Both the position numbers and the translations under genes were made by a program. A DNA stretch of 64,000 nt from Nonlabens sp. (GTDB lineage Bacteria; Bacteroidota; Bacteroidia; Flavobacteriales; Flavobacteriaceae), in assembly GCF_965660805.1 (NCBI RefSeq), contig NZ_CBFIBE010000003.1, positions 37,030 through 101,029 on the forward strand, written 5' to 3'. This document shows positions 57,104 to 64,000 of this stretch, in pieces. Below the pieces are notes generated by a model. That model was not told where the DNA came from, made no database searches, and saw only the letters and a list, made by a program, of their open reading frames with translations. Within the stretch, counting starts at the first letter, position 1, and the number at the start of each line of letters is the position of its first letter.

Positions 57104-58339
57104 TTGTTCCTTTTGAATCTACAGAACAAACATAAAATATTAAACGATCCCATTTATGGTTTTATTACCATTCCTAATGAGGACTTATTTACAATTATAG
57201 AACATCCATACTTTCAGAGGTTGCGGCGTGTTACACAAATGGGCTTGAGTTATCTAGTATATCCTGGAGCACATCATACCAGATTTCACCACGCACTAGG
57301 TTGTTTGCATTTAATGCAAAAAGCAGTACAAGTACTTCGTTCTAAGAATGTTGACATCTCTTATGAAGAAGAAGATGCTCTTTATAAAGCTATTCTATTA
57401 CATGATATAGGTCATGGACCTTTTTCTCATGCTATGGAGCATAGTATCATTAATAATGTAAGTCACGAGGATATTTCTATCCTTTTTATGGAATCTTTGA
57501 ATAAGGAGTTTAACGGTAGTTTAACGCTTGCAATTCAAATTTTCAAAGGAGCATATCACCGACCTTTTATGATGCAATTGATCTCAAGCCAGCTGGATAT
57601 GGATCGATTAGATTACTTGAAACGAGATAGTTTTTATACAGGTGTTGCAGAAGGGAACATTAATAGCCAGCGATTAATCGCTATGCTTAATGTTAAAAAT
57701 GATGAACTCGTTATCGAGGAAAAAGGGATTTACTCTGTAGAGCATTTTCTAAGCAGCCGCAGGCTCATGTATTGGCAAGTCTATTTGCACAAAACAGGTA
57801 TAGGTGCTGAGCATTTACTACAATCTGTTTTTGTACGCATTAAGGAGCTTATAGGTAAAGGGATAGAAGTGGATTTACCATCAGACTTAAAATATTTTTT
57901 AACACATGGTATTACTTTAGCTCATTTTACTCAAGAAAACTTAAACAGATTTGCTAGGTTAGATGACACTGACTTAATCACCACGCTTAAATTAGGATCA
58001 CAGCATGAGGACTTTGTGTTACAGGAACTATGTAATATGATTTTAAATAGGCAATTACTTAAAATCAAATTTTCAAAAGAGCCTATCAGTGATAAAAAAC
58101 TTCAGAAAAAAAAGCATCAATTAATAAAAGCGAGGAGTTTATCTGATCATGAAGCGCAATATTTTGTGTTCTCTGGAGCTGTTCATAATCTCGCTTACGC
58201 GAAAGCGAAACCTATAAAAATATTATTAAAAAATGGTAAACTTGTAGAACTCATAAAGGCTGGCGAGGAAGCAAGTTTTAAGGCACTGACCAAAAAGGTG
58301 ACAAAATATTACTATTGCTATCCAAAGATTCAGGATTAA
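57104..58339 (+). CDS. HD-domain phosphohydrolase, dNTP triphosphohydrolase-like
   Basis: DPIYG, FQRLRR, YPGAHHTRFHH, LLHDIGHGPFSH, D.DRLDYL.RD, MYWQVY.HK. Start is TTG 57104 or 57113. Confidence 0.9.
   Translation: MFLLNLQNKHKILNDPIYGFITIPNEDLFTIIEHPYFQRLRRVTQMGLSYLVYPGAHHTRFHHALGCLHLMQKAVQVLRSKNVDISYEEEDALYKAILLHDIGHGPFSHAMEHSIINNVSHEDISILFMESLNKEFNGSLTLAIQIFKGAYHRPFMMQLISSQLDMDRLDYLKRDSFYTGVAEGNINSQRLIAMLNVKNDELVIEEKGIYSVEHFLSSRRLMYWQVYLHKTGIGAEHLLQSVFVRIKELIGKGIEVDLPSDLKYFLTHGITLAHFTQENLNRFARLDDTDLITTLKLGSQHEDFVLQELCNMILNRQLLKIKFSKEPISDKKLQKKKHQLIKARSLSDHEAQYFVFSGAVHNLAYAKAKPIKILLKNGKLVELIKAGEEASFKALTKKVTKYYYCYPKIQD
57127..57134 (-). promoter_or_regulatory. Candidate -7 box of porX inside the HD coding sequence
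   Basis: TATGTTTG on the minus strand. Confidence 0.5.
58192..58207. repeat. 16-bp palindrome copy 16, one mismatch, in the HD gene, read as AYAKA
   Basis: CGCTTACGCGAAAGCG; ...HNL-AYAKA-KPI... Confidence 0.9.
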
Positions 58340-58349
58340 CTAAAATTAC

Positions 58350-58357
58350 TATTTTTG
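58350..58357 (+). promoter_or_regulatory. -7 promoter box of the lpx operon
   Basis: TATTTTTG 5 nt before ATG 58363. Confidence 0.65.
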
Positions 58358-58362
58358 CGAGA

Positions 58363-59382
58363 ATGAAATTTACGATCCAACAAATTGCTGATATTTTAGA
58401 AGGAACCATTGAAGGAGACTCTACTATTGAAGTATCTAAATTATCTAAAATTGAAGAAGGCGAGACAGGAAGTGTTAGTTTCTTATCTAATGTGAAGTAC
58501 ACTCCTTATGTCTATTCTACTAAAGCAAGTGCGGTTATCGTAAATGCTGACTTTATTCCAGAGCAAGAGGTTACCACTACATTAATTAAAGTAGAAGACT
58601 CTTATAGTGCATTTACTAAACTACTTGAGTATTACCAGATGGTAAAACTTAATAAGAATGGAATAGAACAACCTAGTTTTATCCACGATTCAGCTATAAT
58701 AGGAAATGGTTTCTATCTAGCTGCATTTGGATATATTTCACAAAATGTGAAAATAGGTGAGAACGTAAAGATTTTTTCCCAAGTTCACATTGCAGATAAT
58801 GTTACCATAGGTGATAATTGTGTGATACACTCAGGTGCAAAAATAATGTCAGATTCTATCATAGGAAATAATGTAACCATACACGCAGGAGCCATAGTAG
58901 GAGCAGACGGGTTTGGTTTTGCACCTAATGCTGATGGCAGCTATAGTAAAATACCACAAACAGGAATTGTTATTATAGAAGATCATGTAGATATAGGAGC
59001 CTTAACTACTATAGATAGAGCAACTTTAGGAGCAACCATTATTAAAAAAGGTGCTAAATTAGATAACCAGATTCAAATAGGGCATAATGCTGAGGTAGGT
59101 GAAAATACCGTTATAGCAGCTCAAACAGGAATAGCAGGATCTGCCAAAATAGGAAAGAATTGTAGAATAGGTGGACAAGTAGGTGTGGCAGGACATATTA
59201 CTATAGGTGATAATGTAGGTATTCAAGCGCAAAGTGGTGTAGCTAGGGATATAAAAAATGGCGAGACCATTCAAGGCTCGCCAGCATTTAATTATGCAGA
59301 CTGGAGTCGTTCTTATGTGTATTTTAAAAATTTAAAAAAATTAAACAGCAGAGTTGCTGACTTAGAAAAAAAGAAACTATAA
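58363..59382 (+). CDS. lpxD: UDP-3-O-(3-hydroxyacyl)glucosamine N-acyltransferase
   Basis: LpxD N-terminal domain, hexapeptide repeats, GADGFGF, DRAT, LDNQIQIGHN. Confidence 0.95.
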   Translation: MKFTIQQIADILEGTIEGDSTIEVSKLSKIEEGETGSVSFLSNVKYTPYVYSTKASAVIVNADFIPEQEVTTTLIKVEDSYSAFTKLLEYYQMVKLNKNGIEQPSFIHDSAIIGNGFYLAAFGYISQNVKIGENVKIFSQVHIADNVTIGDNCVIHSGAKIMSDSIIGNNVTIHAGAIVGADGFGFAPNADGSYSKIPQTGIVIIEDHVDIGALTTIDRATLGATIIKKGAKLDNQIQIGHNAEVGENTVIAAQTGIAGSAKIGKNCRIGGQVGVAGHITIGDNVGIQAQSGVARDIKNGETIQGSPAFNYADWSRSYVYFKNLKKLNSRVADLEKKKL

Positions 59383-60783
59383 ATGACAATTACAGATTTT
59401 AAGCAAACCACTATTGCTCAAGACAGTTCACTATCAGGCGTAGGGCTTCATACAGGTAATGAGGTGACCATCGTATTTAAGCCAGCACCAGCAAACCATG
59501 GCTATAAATTCCAGCGCGTGGATTTAGAAGGACAGCCCATCATCGAGGCAGATGCTAATTACGTAACTGATACCCAACGTGGAACTACCCTTGATAAAAA
59601 CGGTGTTCATATTAATACCTGTGAACACGTACTTGCTGCTCTTGTAGGTCTAGAGATAGATAACTGTTTAATAGAAATGGACAGTAGTGAACCACCTATT
59701 ATGGATGGTTCCTCAAAATATTTTATAGAAGCCTTAGAGAAAGCGGGAATTAAAACTTTAGACGTAGATCGTAAAGAGTATGTCGTTAAAGATGTCATCT
59801 CATATCGTGATGAAGAAACGGGTAGTGAAATTATTCTTATGCCTGCAGACTCTTATCAAGTAACGACGATGGTTGATTTTGGCACTAAGGTATTAGGAAC
59901 TCAAAATGCTACTTTAGAAAATCTAGCTGACTTTAAAGATGAAATCTCGAACTGTAGGACATTCAGTTTTTTACACGAGATTGAAATGTTACTTGAACAT
60001 GGATTAATTAAAGGAGGCGATTTAAATAACGCTATTGTTTATGTAGATAAAGAACTATCTCCTAAAACAATGGAAAACCTTAAAAAAGCCTTTAATAAAG
60101 ATTTAGTATCTGTTAAACCTAATGGTATTCTAGATAACCTAAACTTGCATTACCCTAACGAAGCTGCTAGACATAAATTGCTAGACGTCATAGGTGACCT
60201 TGCACTAGTAGGAACTAGAATAAGAGGTAAAATAATAGCAAACAAGCCAGGTCACTTTGTAAACACTCAGTTTGCAAAAAAGCTCTCTAAGCTCATTAAA
60301 CTAGAAGCACGTAACAATGTTCCTAAAATAGATATTAATCAAGAGCCATTAATGGATACGGTTAAGATCATGGAAGTATTACCTCATAGACCTCCATTTT
60401 TACTCGTTGATAAAATTTTTGAACTATCATCCAGTCATGTTATAGGGTTAAAAAACGTGACTATGAATGAGGAGTTCTTTAATGGTCACTTTCCGGGCGC
60501 ACCAGTAATGCCTGGCGTTCTCATAGTAGAAGCAATGGCGCAAACTGGTGGTATTCTAGTATTAAGTACTGTTCCAGATCCAGAAAACTATCTTACATTT
60601 TTCATGAAAATGGACAATGTTAAATTTAAACGCAAAGTCTCTCCAGGAGATACGCTTATTTTTAAATGTGATTTAATAAGTCCTATAAGAAGAGGAATTT
60701 GTCACATGCAGGCTTATGCTTATGCAAATGGTGTACTTTGCGCCGAAGCTGAGTTAATGGCTCAAATCTCAAAAGTTAAATAA
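59383..60783 (+). CDS. lpxC: Bifunctional LpxC deacetylase / FabZ dehydratase
   Basis: GVGLHTG, EH.LAAL, HKLLD..GDL; FabZ LPHRPPFLLVD, FNGHFP..PVMPGVL.VEAMAQ. Confidence 0.97.
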   Translation: MTITDFKQTTIAQDSSLSGVGLHTGNEVTIVFKPAPANHGYKFQRVDLEGQPIIEADANYVTDTQRGTTLDKNGVHINTCEHVLAALVGLEIDNCLIEMDSSEPPIMDGSSKYFIEALEKAGIKTLDVDRKEYVVKDVISYRDEETGSEIILMPADSYQVTTMVDFGTKVLGTQNATLENLADFKDEISNCRTFSFLHEIEMLLEHGLIKGGDLNNAIVYVDKELSPKTMENLKKAFNKDLVSVKPNGILDNLNLHYPNEAARHKLLDVIGDLALVGTRIRGKIIANKPGHFVNTQFAKKLSKLIKLEARNNVPKIDINQEPLMDTVKIMEVLPHRPPFLLVDKIFELSSSHVIGLKNVTMNEEFFNGHFPGAPVMPGVLIVEAMAQTGGILVLSTVPDPENYLTFFMKMDNVKFKRKVSPGDTLIFKCDLISPIRRGICHMQAYAYANGVLCAEAELMAQISKVK

Positions 60784-61568
60784 TGAATCAACCACTAGCA
60801 TACGTACATCCAGGAGCAAAAATCGCTAAGAATGTCGTTATAGAACCGTTTACAACCATCCATAATGATGTAATCATAGGTGAAGGAACCTGGATAGGTT
60901 CTAATGTCACGATTATGGAAGGTGCACGCATAGGGAAGAACGTGAGTATCTTTCCCGGTGCAGTAATAAGTGCAATTCCACAAGATAAAAAATTTGAAGA
61001 TGAGGATACAACTACCGTAATAGGTGATAACACAACTATTAGGGAATGTGTAACTATTAATAGAGGTACCTCTGATCGCATGAAAACTGTTATAGGTAAG
61101 AACTGTTGGATCATGGCTTACTGCCATATCGCACATGACTGTATAGTAGGTGATAATTGTATTTTTTCAAATAACAGCACACTTGCAGGTCACATTACAG
61201 TAGGTGATCATGTAGTACTAGCAGGAATGGCTGCGGTACAACAGTTTTGTCAAATAGGTAGTCACTCCTTTGTAACAGGAGGATCACTGGTTAGAAAAGA
61301 TGTTCCACCTTTTGTAAAAGCAGGACGTGAACCGTTAAGCTATGTAGGGATCAATTCTGTAGGATTAAGAAGAAGAGGTTTTGAATTAGAGAAAATAAGA
61401 GAAATTCAAGATATTTACAGAATACTTTATCAAAAAAATTATAACGTATCTCAAGCCGTTCAAATTATTGAAGCAGAAATGAGTGCGACTAATGAAAGGG
61501 ATGAAATTATAGAATTTATAAAAAACTCAAAACGAGGTATCATGAGAGGATACGTCGGTAGTAACTAA
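60783..61568 (+). CDS. lpxA: Acyl-ACP--UDP-N-acetylglucosamine O-acyltransferase
   Basis: Hexapeptide repeats, PQD.KF, IRECVTINRGT, HIAHDC, GINSVGLRRRG. Confidence 0.97.
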   Translation: MNQPLAYVHPGAKIAKNVVIEPFTTIHNDVIIGEGTWIGSNVTIMEGARIGKNVSIFPGAVISAIPQDKKFEDEDTTTVIGDNTTIRECVTINRGTSDRMKTVIGKNCWIMAYCHIAHDCIVGDNCIFSNNSTLAGHITVGDHVVLAGMAAVQQFCQIGSHSFVTGGSLVRKDVPPFVKAGREPLSYVGINSVGLRRRGFELEKIREIQDIYRILYQKNYNVSQAVQIIEAEMSATNERDEIIEFIKNSKRGIMRGYVGSN

Positions 61569-61574
61569 AATATT

Positions 61575-62141
61575 ATGGCAAGTACAAGCGACATTAGAAA
61601 AGGATTGTGTATAAGATACAATCATGACATTTATAAAATTGTTGAATTCTTACACGTTAAACCTGGTAAAGGTCCAGCATTTGTAAGAACTAAACTAAAA
61701 AGTGTCACAAACGGTAAGGTGATAGATAATACCTTCTCTGCAGGACATAAGATCGAGGATATACGTGTAGAAACACAATCATTCCAGTTCCTTTATCAAG
61801 ATCCAGAAGGTTATCATTTTATGAATACAGAGACCTACGAGCAAATCCTTTTGCAAGAAACTGTTCTTGATGCTCCAGGACTTTTAAAAGAAGGTGAAAT
61901 TGTTAAAATACAGATCAATACTGAGGACGACTCACCATTATCTGTAGACATGCCACAATATGTAGTACTAGAAGTTACTGCCACAGAGCCAGGACTTAAA
62001 GGAAATACAGCTACTAACGCGACTAAACCTGCAACTGTAGAAACAGGCGCACAGGTTAATGTGCCTTTATTTATTAATGAAGGCGATAAAATACGAATCG
62101 ATACAGAAAAAGGTGCTTATCACGAGCGCATGAAAGAGTAA
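61575..62141 (+). CDS. efp: Elongation factor P
   Basis: HVKPGKGPAFVRTKLK, PG.KGNTA, KPATVETG, VPLFI. Confidence 0.98.
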   Translation: MASTSDIRKGLCIRYNHDIYKIVEFLHVKPGKGPAFVRTKLKSVTNGKVIDNTFSAGHKIEDIRVETQSFQFLYQDPEGYHFMNTETYEQILLQETVLDAPGLLKEGEIVKIQINTEDDSPLSVDMPQYVVLEVTATEPGLKGNTATNATKPATVETGAQVNVPLFINEGDKIRIDTEKGAYHERMKE

Positions 62142-63068
62142 ATGAAATTCTCTCAAACACATCGTTTAAAAGATATTGCTGCGCTCATTAATTGTGAGTA
62201 TGTAGGCGATGATCTGTTTCCAGTGACCGGTATGAATGAAATCCATGTGGTAACACCTGGAGATATAGTGTTTGTAGATCATCCTAAGTATTATGATAAA
62301 GCATTACATAGTGATGCTACCGTTGTACTTATTAATAAAAAAGTAGAAGCACCGGCAGGGAAAGCACTACTCATATCAGATGATCCTTTTAGGGACTTTA
62401 ATAAATTAACCCAGCATTTTGCTCCTTTTCACGCTTTCGCGGAAGCGAATACAACACCACCACAAGTAGGTGAAGGAACCGTTGTGCAACCTAATGTATT
62501 TTTAGGGAATGATGTTGTGGTAGGATCAAATTGTGTGATCCATAGTAATGTGTCCATTAATGATAGGTGCATTTTAGGTGATAACGTCATTATACATTCT
62601 GGAACCGTTCTAGGAGCCGATGCTTTTTATTACAAACGTAGACCTGAAGGTTACGATAAGTTATTAAGTAATGGTCGCGTTGTTATTGAAGATCATGTAG
62701 AGATAGGTAGTTTATGTACCATAGATCGTGGCGTGAGTGGTGATACAACTATAGGTCATGGAAGTAAACTCGATAATCAAGTCCATATAGGACATGATAC
62801 CACTTTAGGAAAACATGTTCTTATTGCTAGTCAAACAGGAATTTCTGGCTGTGTCGTTATAGAAGACGAAGTGAAAATATGGGGACAGGTAGGAATACGT
62901 AGTGATGTACGACTAGGTAAAGGATGTGAAATTATGGCACAAAGTGGTGTCTCAAAAGATGTAAAACCAGGAGATGTACTCTTCGGTTCACCGGCTTCAA
63001 ATGCTAAAGAAAAGTTTAGAGAGCTTGCAGCTATAAGAATGTTACCTAACTTTATAAAAAATAAATAA
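62142..63068 (+). CDS. Second LpxD-family acyltransferase (paralogue)
   Basis: LpxD-like N-terminus, hexapeptide repeats, LGADAF, IDRG, LDNQVHIGHD. Confidence 0.85.
   Translation: MKFSQTHRLKDIAALINCEYVGDDLFPVTGMNEIHVVTPGDIVFVDHPKYYDKALHSDATVVLINKKVEAPAGKALLISDDPFRDFNKLTQHFAPFHAFAEANTTPPQVGEGTVVQPNVFLGNDVVVGSNCVIHSNVSINDRCILGDNVIIHSGTVLGADAFYYKRRPEGYDKLLSNGRVVIEDHVEIGSLCTIDRGVSGDTTIGHGSKLDNQVHIGHDTTLGKHVLIASQTGISGCVVIEDEVKIWGQVGIRSDVRLGKGCEIMAQSGVSKDVKPGDVLFGSPASNAKEKFRELAAIRMLPNFIKNK
62432..62447. repeat. 16-bp palindrome copy 17, one mismatch, in the LpxD paralogue, read as AFAEA
   Basis: CGCTTTCGCGGAAGCG; ...APFH-AFAEA-NTT... Confidence 0.9.
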
Positions 63069-63443
63069 ATGTCAGCAGCGGCAAAAAAAGTAGTAAGAAA
63101 TTTTCTAGATTCAGATGTGTTTGTAGACCCAGAAGATTTTAGCTCACATTTTCATAAAGATTTTAAAATGCACTGGCATGCGAGTTCAGGCTATAGAGAA
63201 TTTAACTATGAAGATTATGAACGATTTACTCAAGCCATATCTGTTGCTTATGAGAGTATGCGTAGTGAGATTACTCACATGATAAGCGATAAAGATGAAG
63301 TAGCTGCTCGTTTCACAGTGTTTGTAAGAACGGTAGAAAATCCTCGAGAAGAAGTTCCTGTAGGATATTTTATTTCTATCTTTAAGGTTTCAGAAAATAA
63401 AATTATAGAGGTGCATCAAACCAGTCACCCAAGTGAAGGATAA
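63069..63443 (+). CDS. SnoaL/NTF2-like protein
   Basis: About 124 aa, H.DF..HW, strands ending KI. Confidence 0.72.
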   Translation: MSAAAKKVVRNFLDSDVFVDPEDFSSHFHKDFKMHWHASSGYREFNYEDYERFTQAISVAYESMRSEITHMISDKDEVAARFTVFVRTVENPREEVPVGYFISIFKVSENKIIEVHQTSHPSEG

Positions 63444-63473
63444 ATTGTAAAAACTCAACTTAAATATATATAA

Positions 63474-64000
63474 ATGAGCGTTTTAGTAAACAAAGATTCT
63501 AATATTATAGTACAAGGTTTCACAGGTAGTGAGGGAACATTCCACGCTAGCCAGATGATTGAATATGGTACAAATGTAGTAGGTGGAGTAACTCCAGGTA
63601 AAGGAGGACAGACTCATCTAGATAAACCTGTTTTTAACACAGTTTCTGAGGCTGTAGAAAAAGTAGGTGCAAACGTAACCATTATTTTTGTGCCACCAGC
63701 ATTTGCTGCCGATGCTATTATGGAAGCTGCAGATGCAGGAATAGAAGTAATTATCACAATTACAGAAGGTATTCCAGTTGCAGATATGGTAAAAGCCGCA
63801 GATTATATTAAAAATAAAAACTGCCGTCTTGTGGGACCTAACTGTCCAGGTGTTATTACACCAGGTGAAGCAAAAGTGGGAATCATGCCAGGTTTTGTAT
63901 TCAAAAAAGGTAAAGTAGGAATCGTTTCTAAATCAGGAACGCTTACCTATGAAGCCTCTGATCAAGTGGTGAAACAAGGTTATGGTATTTCTACCGCTAT
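63474..64000 (+). CDS. sucD: Succinyl-CoA synthetase alpha subunit, truncated by the window end
   Basis: Hand translation: [24 protein letters not shown]...GGVTPGKGG...[10 protein letters not shown]...ITEGIPV...GPNCPG...SKSGTLTYE. Confidence 0.97.
   Translation, partial: MSVLVNKDSNIIVQGFTGSEGTFHASQMIEYGTNVVGGVTPGKGGQTHLDKPVFNTVSEAVEKVGANVTIIFVPPAFAADAIMEAADAGIEVIITITEGIPVADMVKAADYIKNKNCRLVGPNCPGVITPGEAKVGIMPGFVFKKGKVGIVSKSGTLTYEASDQVVKQGYGISTA

Noticed and set aside
59730-59745. AGCCTTAGAGAAAGCG, 12/16 match in lpxC
   Set aside because: Four mismatches including the central CGCG; explained by the peptide EALEKAG.
4663-60133. Short opposite-strand or alternate-frame ORFs in the track (e.g. 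4663, 11342, 11659, 12938, 16573, 24757, 27043, 30909, 35497, 41581, 42241, 51588, 59607)
   Set aside because: All lie within well-supported genes and have no recognisable motifs; treated as shadow ORFs.
60788-61136. Two 108-113 aa antisense ORFs over lpxA
   Set aside because: By-products of the hexapeptide-repeat codon pattern.
2024-62447. 16-bp palindrome as a CRISPR array
   Set aside because: Copies are 1.3-6.6 kb apart, too short for CRISPR repeats, mostly inside genes, and no cas genes are present.
2024-62447. 16-bp palindrome as parS or a LacI-type operator
   Set aside because: It differs from the parS consensus TGTTNCACGTGAAACA, and its density and mid-gene positions do not fit a transcription-factor regulon.
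1-64000. Prophage, integrase, transposase, defence island or frameshifted pseudogene
   Set aside because: No such proteins are recognisable, and nearly all sequence is tiled by intact housekeeping or conserved ORFs.

Overview
A gene-dense, AT-rich (about 35% GC by eye) chromosomal segment of a Flavobacteriaceae (Bacteroidota) bacterium, probably Nonlabens-like. It is mostly core genome: ppa, nth, bcp, folE, an RpoD-family sigma factor, rpsF-rpsR-rplI, hisS, HU, fmt, recQ, murA, aroB, ald, porX-tsaE, the lpxD-lpxC/fabZ-lpxA-efp-lpxD2 operon, the start of sucD, tRNA-Arg(TCT) and tRNA-Met(CAT). I found no prophage, transposase or CRISPR array. The main unexplained signal is a GC-rich 16-bp palindrome, CGCTTTCGCGAAAGCG. 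It occurs 17 times: 11 perfect copies, 3 with one mismatch, 2 with two and 1 with three. Copies fall about every 3.8 kb, more evenly than random. Eleven lie inside genes, read as RFRES, AFAKA or LSRKR, apparently by substitution rather than insertion. This resembles DNA-uptake sequences, cyanobacterial HIP1 or a chromosome-organising protein site. Other signals include a small element family bounded by terminal inverted repeats (TWATACCAAWTTG), over-representation of CTAG, a 38-bp perfect palindrome, and a tRNA-Met with a swapped A54/T58 T-loop. There is also a probably non-catalytic dihydroorotase-like protein and several candidate leaderless mRNAs. All counts and coordinates were done by hand, and homologue comparisons are from memory and need checking.
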